Of a DNA stretch of 64,000 bases, positions 20,709-30,333 are shown piece after piece. Below the pieces are notes generated by a model. The model ran no database searches, was not told where the DNA came from, and saw nothing but the letters and a program-made list of their open reading frames with translations. Each line of letters begins with the position of its first letter. The stretch's first letter is position 1. The translations under genes and the position numbers were made by a program. This stretch comes from Salisapilia sapeloensis CBS 127946 (lineage: Eukaryota; Protista; Oomycota), in contig JAADVB010000054.1 in assembly GCA_023334545.1 (NCBI GenBank), positions 1 through 64,000 of the forward strand, in the 5' to 3' direction.

Positions 20709-21830
20709 ATGTCAAGTACACGCAGAGAAGACGAGCCGACGGAACCTTTTGCAGGACGTAAGCCGAATCCCCGCAATGCAGGGCGCAAGCGAGGCCCGAT
20801 CTATGACCACTTTAGCTCCGTCGCGTCGAAAATGAGGCGTGTTGCTTGCAAGTTCTGTGGCACGGAGCTCCAACAGGACCCACGCCGTATGCGCAGTCAC
20901 CTCGGCTCTCGCTGCAGCCAAGTGCCACCTTCTGTGCGGGAGCATTTCAGGCACCTAGTGGAGTTGGAAGCTCAGACAAATGCTGCACAGCAACCGCCTC
21001 GCAGCGCTTCGCCACCAGCACCGCAGCGTTTCGAACCAGGCCAGACGCCGTTAGCACCTCGTCCCAATACCAAGTTCATGCCACCGCCAACCTATTCCAA
21101 ATTCATGCCTAAACGAACAGGCTACACGATGCAAAACCTTCGCGCTGGGGCATCCAAAAGTGCAGAAACTTTGCTGGCGATGCTGCCCCAAAGCGTGTCG
21201 AGACTGCAGGGGCTTCAGAACAAACACTTTCGATATAATCAGCCTGGCCAAGTACGGCTGATGCTATCCACGGTGGATTTCACCACGAATCAGGATCCAT
21301 TGTACCTTAAGACGCTAATTAACACGGTCGAAGAGGAGCTGCAGACGGTCGTGTCAACGTTGCAGGCACTCATTTCGTGGTGGCAATTGCAAATGGTTGG
21401 AGATGACAGGCTGGACGCATCGAGAAAGCAAGTCGCGTTTCAGCTGGAAGAAGGGAGGGCACGATGGCAACAGGCGTGGGACCACTTGCCTCAATTTTAC
21501 GTAGATAAAGCACGATCTGCATCTTCCAATCCGTTCCAGTCATCTCCAAATACGAACGAAGGCCATGAGTCAACGACTGGATCCGTGCTGGACGTTACGG
21601 AAGATGATACTAGTGTCGAACTTCCGCACGACACGTACGCCGACTTGGAAACGACCAACTCGTACCGTATCGCAGTGGAAGTCAAGTGGTACTTTAACTT
21701 TTCACGTATCATTGATGGTATTCGAGATCAGTACTTTGTTATTTCCGAGTTGGTGAGTGGGAGTGGACTCGAGATGGGGGACACAAGTAGAGCGACTGGC
21801 GTCGAAACGACGGTTAGCAACCTCTTTTAA
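20709..21830 (+). CDS. BED zinc-finger protein
   Basis: First ATG at 20709; IYDHF...ACKFC...RMRSHLGSRC is a BED-type finger; Pro-rich linker; no hAT DDE or dimerization domain recognised. Confidence 0.7.
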   Translation: MSSTRREDEPTEPFAGRKPNPRNAGRKRGPIYDHFSSVASKMRRVACKFCGTELQQDPRRMRSHLGSRCSQVPPSVREHFRHLVELEAQTNAAQQPPRSASPPAPQRFEPGQTPLAPRPNTKFMPPPTYSKFMPKRTGYTMQNLRAGASKSAETLLAMLPQSVSRLQGLQNKHFRYNQPGQVRLMLSTVDFTTNQDPLYLKTLINTVEEELQTVVSTLQALISWWQLQMVGDDRLDASRKQVAFQLEEGRARWQQAWDHLPQFYVDKARSASSNPFQSSPNTNEGHESTTGSVLDVTEDDTSVELPHDTYADLETTNSYRIAVEVKWYFNFSRIIDGIRDQYFVISELVSGSGLEMGDTSRATGVETTVSNLF

Positions 21831-21871
21831 GTAAAAGAATCAATTCACGTGCTAGTGTTGCGTGTACACAC

Positions 21872-24800
21872 TCAATCTATTTGCTTTATTGGATCTTCAT
21901 CTTCCGTGATACTATCCATCACGTCTTCTTCCACCAACTTCTCTTCCCGCTCTTTACTCATCCTTTGCAGCTTGTCCAACGCTTGTTTATAATCCTCAAT
22001 TGAGCTCTCATCTGCTTTATCGATGAACTGTTCTCGTAATTCTTCTTCGAGGGCTGCTATGTCAGCTAAAGTCGATTGCTTTCGTCCACGCACGAGTCGA
22101 TCTTCTACGACTTGACTGAACTGCGATTGTCTTTCCTCCATAGGTGGCTCTAAGCTGCTAGGTACTAGCATTGATAGCCTTTCCAATCGCTGAACGGATC
22201 GTACGGCCATAACAGCTCTTTTAAAGCTCTCTTCCTTCTGCTGCATTGTTACGATCTGTGTCTCTGTCAAGTCTTGATACTTGCTGATCTCACGCATGAT
22301 TTGTCGATGGCATAACCACGCTGTCTTGGAATCGACACGCTTCTCGAGCAATTGAGTGAGGAAGGAGATGCGGAAGGAGATGGAAGTCGCTGTTGGCTTG
22401 TGCGTAATGGACGATAAGGCTAGCTTGACACTTGCAGAGTCATTTTCCCATGTTTCTTGGAGTAGACGGAACTGATACATCTCATCGTCTTCGTCGTTGA
22501 CGGACTTGAAGGTATCGCTTGTCATACCTTGAGATATCGCTCTCTTCTCTGCAAGACTATTGGATATGCTACGGGTAGTATTCAACACCTTTTCAAGCAA
22601 TATGACGTCCAAGAACTGGTCGAATGATATGCTGGGTGGATCTTTACGATCGTAAGTAGCGTTGAAAATACGAGTAATGAACTTGTCATCGATTGAAGGT
22701 GAAAGTTGGTACATGACAGTCGTGAACTCACTATACTCGAGACTTCCGTCTCCATTGACATCACCTGCGTTGTAGATAGCTTCTAGTAAGTGCTCTACCT
22801 TTCGTCGATGCTCTGCCCAATGAACTAGTGCAATCTGTAATACCTCTCTTTCGAGGACGTACTCTGTTTCATCCGGAAGAGCGTGATCTTTTAGTTGATT
22901 GTGTAGGTATTCGCTCGTTCGAAAATACACACCAAATCTCTCTGTCAAAGCATCATGGACGCTCGAGTAAGCATAGGCCACGCGAAGTTTAAATTGTCTC
23001 GGGACATGTTCGACGCGATACTTGGATTCGCCAGAGAATGACCCAGAGGACCAGTTCGCTAGCAAACCTAGGACGAATTTCAGCTCATGATATCCTAACG
23101 CATTTTGGATACCAAGGAAGCGGAGACACAAGTCACATTGGTACACCTTTTGATCATACTTCCGCAAGGAATGGATGAACTTGAAAGCGTGCTGCTGAGC
23201 TAGTGTCTTTAGCCCATACCTACGAATATGCCAGTCGTACACGAACTCACTAAAGTTCATCCGCTTGCTGCCGTACTGAGGTGTCGATAAAACACCTTCA
23301 TAGAATTCGCGATAGAGCTGATCGACAAGTCGAAGCAGTAAACCAACATTAAACAGCTTTACTTGTCGACTTCCTGCTCCCTGCTTAAACTGCTGCAGCA
23401 TAAGATTCGATCCGCCTCTCTGACCCGAGCTGGCCCTGCCTTCATCATCCAGCGTAGCCAGCTCTTCTCGGTCCTTTCTATTTGCCTTCCTCCTTCGTCG
23501 GCGTACTGGTTTTTCAATCCGTTCGTCATCTTCCTCTTGTTCAGGACTTGACTCAGACACATCCACCTTGTTGGCTAATGGCGATCGCACGCTCACGTGC
23601 GATGCCTTCCTCCAGAACTCTTCACAGCTTGCAGCAACAAGGTCATTTTTCCTAGTATCCGATTTATCTTCCTCATCTTCATCTCCATCTTCCTCATCGT
23701 TATCATATACATCATCACCTTCATCACAAATAGCAAGACGTTGCGGATTCTTCTGCTTTAGTAATGCAAACTCTTGGCAAGTTGCTAGGATCATGTCTGG
23801 AATAATCTCCATTTGGTCATTATGTGTAAGCGAGTCTAAGTTCTTTATAAACTTCTTGGACTCTTCTTCCTCCTTTTCCTTTCGACTCTGTTTTTTACTA
23901 CTAGGATGGCATTGACTCGATCCAGTGGCATGCATCTCGTTGGCAAATTTAGCCAAAGCAAAAGGGTCGTGCTGTCCGTGAAGTTCCATCAAAGGTACCA
24001 AACTTTTGACAGCCTCGGACATGCGCACGAGGAGATATTTAACACCATTGACAAGTTCATTGTCATTCACAGATAGCCGCAAAGACTCTGCTTCCTCCGC
24101 AGCGACAACCATTGTATATGTTTTCTTTCTTGCAGCGTTCTTGCTCAGTCCTGCTGCCTCATAAGTCTTCTCCATGACATTTGTAAACAACCGAGTGAGG
24201 TTTGGCATCCGCTTGTAGATGGCAGACACAACTTCAGTGCTCATCTCGTATATTTTGTAGTTATTTAGATTAGTTAGTTGAGAATGCAGTTGATCCATTT
24301 TCATAGCAAACTGTTGTTCAGGAGTCAAATTATCACCAAGAGCAGCTGCCAAAACTTCCCTGCTTTCCGTCTTACCTTCGTCCTCATGTATTGGAATGGA
24401 AACTTCATCGTCATGATAGGATGGTTCGGGAGGGGGTGCTGAAGTTTCCACTGGAGCTACATGAACGACAGAATGAATTGCAGCAATCTCTTTTTTCCTC
24501 GGTTGCTTCCCATCAAGTAGTTCAATCAAATCCCATGCCGCCTCAAACGTAGCTGGAGTGATTCCATTCTGAACTTGTAGACTTTTATCGGTTGCATCAT
24601 GCTCAACAAATTCCATGAGAACCTTTTGAAGTTTTTCTTTTGCGATGTCTCGATTCTTCACAGCGACCAACGCTGGGTCTTCCTCCACTTGTACTTCCGG
24701 TCGCATGGTCGGATGGACGGCAAAATCGCTATACGATCTTCCCCTCTGAATATTGACACTATGGAAATGATGTGGAGCCGGTTCCCGTCCTCTTTCGAGA

Positions 24801-25987
24801 ATGTGAACCTTTGTTGCTTTTACAGGAGCAGCCTCGACTTCTTCTTCACTATTTTCACGATGATCTTCAAATGTCTCGGTGATCTTATGAAGTCCCACGA
24901 GTGTGCTAGGGCGCTGTCCGCTTTCGGTAATATTTAGAAAAGGAAGTTCATTTTCTTCTTTCTGTTCATCTACTTTGAAGTCTTCTCCTCCTGAATCGTC
25001 TTCTTTAAGCTCTGCAGCAACAGCGGCTTGTAAAGGCTCATACAACGAAGATGTCTGGTCGAGATTTTGCAGCAAATTGGACATGCTTGATGAAGGAAAG
25101 CGCTCTACAAGTGCATGTGAAACTTTGCTCGCGCTTTCCTGGTCAAGATCTACGGACATTTTGGTGAAAAACTCGATGTACTGAGACTGTGGTAGATCCC
25201 AGAAATGAAGTAAAGTATCCACTATCCGCTGATTGACTTCATCAATTTTGACTGTCTTCTGACTACGTAGCTTTTCATTTTCATCTAATAAGGCTTTGCT
25301 TGCTTTTTCCATGCGCTGGCAGTATATATAGTACGGAATTCGCTTTAAGGATCCATCATTATCGTCTTTGCACACTGTGAGCGCATAATCATCAGGGTGA
25401 TCGTCCATGCTTACATCCTTGTACAGTAGCATTGCAAGCAAGTCTCGAAGTGAATGCAGTGTGTCTGCGTAGCGAAAGAACCTCTTTCCATCACTAGCAT
25501 CACTATCTGAAATGACGAGGGGTAGACTTCGAAAGAGCGTATCGAGGACTTCCCATACCAAGTCACTTTCATCTGCATTCCCGAGCGTACCTTTCCACTG
25601 CCGAAAGAACTCTTTCAGAATGGCATCCCCTCGATCACTTGTAAATAATTGCCATACACTGTCCTTTTGTTGCCGCCTTGGTGACTTTAGAGGTGATAGC
25701 TGTTCCTCCTCGACTTTCGAGGATGGTAACAAACTTTCCAAGTTACCACCTCGCGAGGAGATGGATGCGTCTCGTAAAAGTTGATGAAAGTGCAGTAGCT
25801 CGTGGTGGAAATTGGATGAAATCTGCGTTTGCATCGGCAAGTGAAGCGCGTATGGTTCAATCCGCTGCAGTTTCACTTGTCGCGGAGACAGACGCGGGTG
25901 ACGACGAGGTCGTGGTCCATCTGCACCTCGTCTTGGATCCCGAGGCGATAGGGCGCCAAGCCCATCTTTCGTTGGGAATGAGGCCAT
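21872..25987 (-). CDS. Large acidic/coiled-coil EF-hand protein (about 1370 aa)
   Basis: Single ORF; canonical EF-hand loop DVNGDGSLEYSEF and a second degenerate one (PSISFDQFL); acidic tract; first ATG at 25987. Confidence 0.7.
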   Translation of the reverse strand: MASFPTKDGLGALSPRDPRRGADGPRPRRHPRLSPRQVKLQRIEPYALHLPMQTQISSNFHHELLHFHQLLRDASISSRGGNLESLLPSSKVEEEQLSPLKSPRRQQKDSVWQLFTSDRGDAILKEFFRQWKGTLGNADESDLVWEVLDTLFRSLPLVISDSDASDGKRFFRYADTLHSLRDLLAMLLYKDVSMDDHPDDYALTVCKDDNDGSLKRIPYYIYCQRMEKASKALLDENEKLRSQKTVKIDEVNQRIVDTLLHFWDLPQSQYIEFFTKMSVDLDQESASKVSHALVERFPSSSMSNLLQNLDQTSSLYEPLQAAVAAELKEDDSGGEDFKVDEQKEENELPFLNITESGQRPSTLVGLHKITETFEDHRENSEEEVEAAPVKATKVHILERGREPAPHHFHSVNIQRGRSYSDFAVHPTMRPEVQVEEDPALVAVKNRDIAKEKLQKVLMEFVEHDATDKSLQVQNGITPATFEAAWDLIELLDGKQPRKKEIAAIHSVVHVAPVETSAPPPEPSYHDDEVSIPIHEDEGKTESREVLAAALGDNLTPEQQFAMKMDQLHSQLTNLNNYKIYEMSTEVVSAIYKRMPNLTRLFTNVMEKTYEAAGLSKNAARKKTYTMVVAAEEAESLRLSVNDNELVNGVKYLLVRMSEAVKSLVPLMELHGQHDPFALAKFANEMHATGSSQCHPSSKKQSRKEKEEEESKKFIKNLDSLTHNDQMEIIPDMILATCQEFALLKQKNPQRLAICDEGDDVYDNDEEDGDEDEEDKSDTRKNDLVAASCEEFWRKASHVSVRSPLANKVDVSESSPEQEEDDERIEKPVRRRRRKANRKDREELATLDDEGRASSGQRGGSNLMLQQFKQGAGSRQVKLFNVGLLLRLVDQLYREFYEGVLSTPQYGSKRMNFSEFVYDWHIRRYGLKTLAQQHAFKFIHSLRKYDQKVYQCDLCLRFLGIQNALGYHELKFVLGLLANWSSGSFSGESKYRVEHVPRQFKLRVAYAYSSVHDALTERFGVYFRTSEYLHNQLKDHALPDETEYVLEREVLQIALVHWAEHRRKVEHLLEAIYNAGDVNGDGSLEYSEFTTVMYQLSPSIDDKFITRIFNATYDRKDPPSISFDQFLDVILLEKVLNTTRSISNSLAEKRAISQGMTSDTFKSVNDEDDEMYQFRLLQETWENDSASVKLALSSITHKPTATSISFRISFLTQLLEKRVDSKTAWLCHRQIMREISKYQDLTETQIVTMQQKEESFKRAVMAVRSVQRLERLSMLVPSSLEPPMEERQSQFSQVVEDRLVRGRKQSTLADIAALEEELREQFIDKADESSIEDYKQALDKLQRMSKEREEKLVEEDVMDSITEDEDPIKQID

Positions 25988-26178
25988 CGAACTCAAAACC
26001 TGGAGCTGGAATAGAAATGAAGTCGAGTCTAAATATATCTTGGAGTCTATCTAGTAGCTCTAGCAACTAACGCATCCATGATTCGTACTTTCGTATCTTT
26101 ATTTCTTCATGTTAAGTCTTGAAACAAATGACCTAGCTTTGTACAGCAGTCCTACGACGTGGCTAAGCTAGACCTCTC

Positions 26179-27348
26179 TCATGCAAAGGACGGCGAACGA
26201 GTCTTCTTGCGAGTCAATGTCTTGTCTGTGACCGTCCAGTTGCCCATGAGACATAGGTAGTCTCCTTCAAATGTCGTGCGTGTGTACCCTCCTTTCCGCT
26301 TGTACGAGATATGCTCATCAATGGCAAGAATGTCATTCGAAAACAAATCGTTCTTCTCATTCTCGAGCGCATGACGATCAGCGTACACACTGACCGTGTA
26401 TCGAGATGGACGGAAGCATCGCAAAACATTTTTCAAAAGAGATTCGTAGCGTCGAAGCCTAGCATTCGTCTCGAAACTGACATAGCTACAGTGACTCTCC
26501 GGTGTGATGTGGATCGTGTAGTATGCGTCGAATAAGATGCCGTTCATCGAGTATCCACAAGGGTCAAAGGCAAAGTCATCCAGGATAGCACCAGGGACGA
26601 GGTCGCGGATGCCACTCTTGATGGTCATCTGACGAGAGGTTAGGCCCGGGTTTTGTTCCTTGGAAAACTGTTCCGACACACTCGGGTGCATATCCTGCAT
26701 CAGAACGTGCAGCGTCGATTCGTCCGCTGGGCCTCGCTTTATCGCAGGCATTCCGAGCGGAAGCATCGAAGGCGATTCATGGCTTTCGCTGTCCCAGACG
26801 TAGAGGTACCAGTGGTCACGGTTCAATGGTCCAAGGACGTGGGCTGAACCATCCGGAAAGAAGGAATTCAAGTAACCCACTTCCGTTTCGAAGGACGTGT
26901 GTGGGAACTCTTGGCCTTCCGGGAAGGTGTAGTTCTTCCTACTGTAGCTCACCCATTCAATGGACATGCCGAGAGACTTGGCATACTCTTGGATGAACGG
27001 AATTGTCTTGAGTAACGTCGTCGTACCGCACGTCTTTATCACGACCTTGTGTGCGTAGACGAAGAGACTGGATTCCGACAGGACATACGCGTCGATGTGA
27101 GCATTCTCCACTTTCGACAGGATCGTGCACTGAGCAGCATCTAGCATGGCATCGATATCTTCTCGTCCGACAGCTCGGAAACCGAGTTCATGACCGACAC
27201 CGCGCTTAAAGTCGATTTCAAGGTTCTTTTCCGGCCCTTCAAAGCTCGTGAGCACGGACGTCGTATCGGACGCTTCGGACTCTGTCGAAAAGTTGTCTTC
27301 ATCCGAGACAGGAGGCAGTGTAATAGCTCCTGGGAATTTATTCACCAT
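26179..27348 (-). CDS. SAMDC: S-adenosylmethionine decarboxylase proenzyme
   Basis: FEGPEKNLEIDF, autocleavage motif YVLSESSLFV, KTCGTT, FDPCGYSMN, TIHITPE, YVSFETN. Confidence 0.97.
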   Translation of the reverse strand: MVNKFPGAITLPPVSDEDNFSTESEASDTTSVLTSFEGPEKNLEIDFKRGVGHELGFRAVGREDIDAMLDAAQCTILSKVENAHIDAYVLSESSLFVYAHKVVIKTCGTTTLLKTIPFIQEYAKSLGMSIEWVSYSRKNYTFPEGQEFPHTSFETEVGYLNSFFPDGSAHVLGPLNRDHWYLYVWDSESHESPSMLPLGMPAIKRGPADESTLHVLMQDMHPSVSEQFSKEQNPGLTSRQMTIKSGIRDLVPGAILDDFAFDPCGYSMNGILFDAYYTIHITPESHCSYVSFETNARLRRYESLLKNVLRCFRPSRYTVSVYADRHALENEKNDLFSNDILAIDEHISYKRKGGYTRTTFEGDYLCLMGNWTVTDKTLTRKKTRSPSFA

Positions 27349-27366
27349 CTTGCGTCTAGTCGAGTG

Positions 27367-27474
27367 TTAGGCTGGGTCGTCGCAAGCGCCAATATAGAAA
27401 AAGCCAGTGAAGATCGTAGTCTGGTCAACGATGTCGTCGGTTGCGGAGTCCCAGACAAGTAGTGCCAGCGGCAT
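27367..27474 (-). promoter_or_regulatory. Candidate upstream ORF (35 aa) in the SAMDC leader
   Basis: ATG 27474 to TAA 27369-27367 encodes MPLALLVWDSATDDIVDQTTIFTGFFYIGACDDPA; ends 18 nt before the SAMDC ATG; only minus-strand ATG between 27749 and 27349. Confidence 0.55.
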
Positions 27475-27835
27475 GAACGAGGAAACAGAAAAGCGGCTAG
27501 TACGCCGAGGTACGTGAACAAAAGCTGAGGCTCGGATGGCTTTCAGCTAATGGGATGCTAGTACGAGCACAATGCAATTATTCGACAGCCAACAAAAAGG
27601 AACAGCCGAGATAAAGACAAATGCTCTAGGATCTACAAGGACAGACAAAAAATCCAAAGTAGAAGGATTCGAGTGATTGGTAGGCCGAAAGTATCGAAGT
27701 GAGACGAATTTCTAGATTTCAAGATTTGTCCTGTTGTGGCTTTTGCCACCATGCAAATTTGACTGGACTTTCGTATACCGTGACAGCTGGATCTTCAAGC
27801 GTCATCATCTTATTCCGAAGGGTTGTGAACAGTCA

Positions 27836-29119
27836 CTACTTGGCAGCGATTGCGGTTGGATCGAGCGGGAGGCAATGGATGCTCTCAGTCGTGTCTTCTC
27901 CACGCTGGTCGTGGTTGATGAAATGCGGATGGTCACATACGGCTGGTGTCGATAGTTTTAACGTGTAATCACAAGTCTGACCTTCTTTCACGGATAAAAT
28001 GTGCTGCGTCGACCCGCCTGGACTGCAGTAGTAGTACACGGTAGTTTTACGTTGGGTGACGACGTCGAATTCTCTGCACGGAGTACCTTTTGTATACACT
28101 TCAACAAAAGCCGGTCTGGAAACGTCGTGCGTGGCGTCAATGTGTTCCATCACCAAGGCTGCTCCATTGGCCTCCATCTGCGTATTCTTTTGCTGGTCGA
28201 ACGTCCCGAGGTTATAGTCTGTTACGATACGCCCATTTCCGTTGCGATGGTATTGTCGGACGCCTTGACCGATACAGAACTCGTACGTCCACCATCCGTC
28301 ATTCCGTTTCGAGCAGACATGGGCATCTGCTAATGGTTTTAAGAGAGAACGTACGGGGAAGAGCGTGTGATCCTTTAATCCAGCAAATTTGGCATCACAA
28401 AAGACATGGGAGGTTACAAGGAATGCTGAAATGGATCTTGTTCCATCCATTTCAACGGCAGCAACGGCATTGTCCGATTGCACGTCACTGCACATGAATT
28501 GAACACGAATGTGGTGGTCATCTTCGACAAACGTTTGGGTAAAGAGAGGCCTAGAAAGGCTCTCAAGTCTACTTTTGATCGTAGGATCGATGAACTCGTT
28601 GTAACTTACAGCGGTCTCGATGCCATCGGATGTGAATTTTCCGAGAGAATGGACGGTGTGGCTGGATGGTTGCTTGCTGCCTACACCAGAGACAGCACTG
28701 GAGCCGTAGTTGTACGGCTTAAGATTGATCTTTCGAAGTAACATAGTCGGACAGACCTCGTATACCCAATTACCTTGGACATCAGCGTACTGCACACACC
28801 TCGGCATGATTTTACCGACGGCCGTACGTGCAAACGAGACAAACGCACGGTCCTCTTCTTCCTGCAGCTTCTTTGTTCGAGCTTCCTCTGATGACATACT
28901 ATCTTCCTCGGACTGTATGGACGGAAAGAAGCATTCAAACTGCTGTCCAGACGCGAGCGTCATGATTTCAGGCTGCAATTCACCCCAATTCGGCGGCTGC
29001 ACGAAGCTCTCGCGATCAGGGTGCATCTCCACGACATACGAGAGGTCATTCCCACTTAAAGCATGTACATACGAAGCTCCAGCGACGAGCAAAGCGGCAT
29101 AACGTAGTACATGCATCAT
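27836..29119 (-). CDS. ER lectin with two MRH/PRKCSH domains (OS-9/ERLEC1-like)
   Basis: Signal peptide MMHVLRYAALLVAGASYVHA; WVYEVCP and GWWTYEFCIGQGVRQYH; GTPC...QRKTTVYYYC...EGQTCDYTLKLSTPAVC. Confidence 0.85.
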   Translation of the reverse strand: MMHVLRYAALLVAGASYVHALSGNDLSYVVEMHPDRESFVQPPNWGELQPEIMTLASGQQFECFFPSIQSEEDSMSSEEARTKKLQEEEDRAFVSFARTAVGKIMPRCVQYADVQGNWVYEVCPTMLLRKINLKPYNYGSSAVSGVGSKQPSSHTVHSLGKFTSDGIETAVSYNEFIDPTIKSRLESLSRPLFTQTFVEDDHHIRVQFMCSDVQSDNAVAAVEMDGTRSISAFLVTSHVFCDAKFAGLKDHTLFPVRSLLKPLADAHVCSKRNDGWWTYEFCIGQGVRQYHRNGNGRIVTDYNLGTFDQQKNTQMEANGAALVMEHIDATHDVSRPAFVEVYTKGTPCREFDVVTQRKTTVYYYCSPGGSTQHILSVKEGQTCDYTLKLSTPAVCDHPHFINHDQRGEDTTESIHCLPLDPTAIAAK

Positions 29120-29203
29120 CCTCGGCTTCCGCGTTTCGAAACGTGTATTGGTGTAGATTTGCAAGACATTAACTTCAATTACAAATGTGCATTTAGAAAC
29201 AAA

Positions 29204-30265
29204 ATGAATTGGATCGTGATCGTGGCTGTGGCGAGTGCTGCTGTATCTGCGACTGCAGCAGTAGTACTAGCACGAAATGTAGCTAGGCATAGACGTAGCG
29301 ATGTACTATGCCAAGTCCCCCTTTCAACGTACTTGAGATTTGTCTTGGCGACTAAATTGCAAGCCTTCGTGATTCATCTCTCGGGCGTAGCGAGTGAGTG
29401 GGAGCATTTGCCTCCTGTCACTCGACTTTCACCTGAAGTTGTTCGTGTCATGGGACATAACCCTGGAAGAATGACTTTACGCGGTACGAACACGTACCTC
29501 ATCGGAACTGGATCCACTCGTTTGCTCATTGACGCTGGCGACGGGAACGATGCTTTCATCTCGTCACTCCAGCAAGCAGTCAAGGCCGAAGGCGTGACGG
29601 AGATCTCGGACTTGCTCCTTACCCACAGCCATCTTGACCATATCGGTGGCATCTTGCGTATCAAGGAGATGTACCCTGCCATGCGTATTTGGAAGTGCTT
29701 CCCAGGACAAGAGCTTTCGAACGCTATCAAGGTGTCTTCATCGGATTGTCAGGCTCTAGGTGTCCAAGAGGTGGTCGACGGACAAGAATTTACCGCCCAA
29801 GGAGCTCATCTGAAAGCTGTTTACACGCCAGGACATTGTGTGGATCACATGTGCTTCCTCTTTGGCTCTTACCTCTTCTCTGGCGACTGCGTTCTTGGCT
29901 ATGGCAGTGCTGTCTTTGACTCGCTACATGACCTGATGGCGTCTTTGAGAAAGCTACTGGAGTATAAACCGACAGTCGTGTATCCAGGACATGGTCCTGT
30001 GGTATCTGATGCCCAGAGCAAGGTACAAGAATACCTCTCTCATCGAGATGAGCGAGAGCAGCAGATCTTGACAGCATTGGATCAATCGATTGGAAAGACT
30101 GTCGACCGGATTGTACAAGACGTGTATGGTGATTTGAATTGGTTACTCCGCATCGGTGCGAAACGCAGTGTTCGACAGCATTTGGATAAATTGCAAGTGG
30201 AGAAGCGAGTGGCACGAACGGAAGCAAGTATGTTTTCGAACAGCAAATATCACTTGATTATATAA
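29204..30265 (+). CDS. LACTB2: LACTB2-like metallo-beta-lactamase with N-terminal membrane anchor
   Basis: NPGRMTLRGTNTYLIG, THSHLDHIGG, TPGHCVDH, FSGDCVLG, YPGHGP, YLSHRDEREQQI. Confidence 0.85.
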   Translation: MNWIVIVAVASAAVSATAAVVLARNVARHRRSDVLCQVPLSTYLRFVLATKLQAFVIHLSGVASEWEHLPPVTRLSPEVVRVMGHNPGRMTLRGTNTYLIGTGSTRLLIDAGDGNDAFISSLQQAVKAEGVTEISDLLLTHSHLDHIGGILRIKEMYPAMRIWKCFPGQELSNAIKVSSSDCQALGVQEVVDGQEFTAQGAHLKAVYTPGHCVDHMCFLFGSYLFSGDCVLGYGSAVFDSLHDLMASLRKLLEYKPTVVYPGHGPVVSDAQSKVQEYLSHRDEREQQILTALDQSIGKTVDRIVQDVYGDLNWLLRIGAKRSVRQHLDKLQVEKRVARTEASMFSNSKYHLII

Positions 30266-30333
30266 ACCCTAAAAAAGTAAGAGGACACTACTACACGTCG
30301 TCTCGCTTCCAATGGCTTGGACGTACCATATAC

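Noticed and set aside
20709-21830. BED gene as an active hAT transposon
   Set aside because: No catalytic or dimerization domain and no terminal inverted repeats or target-site duplications seen.
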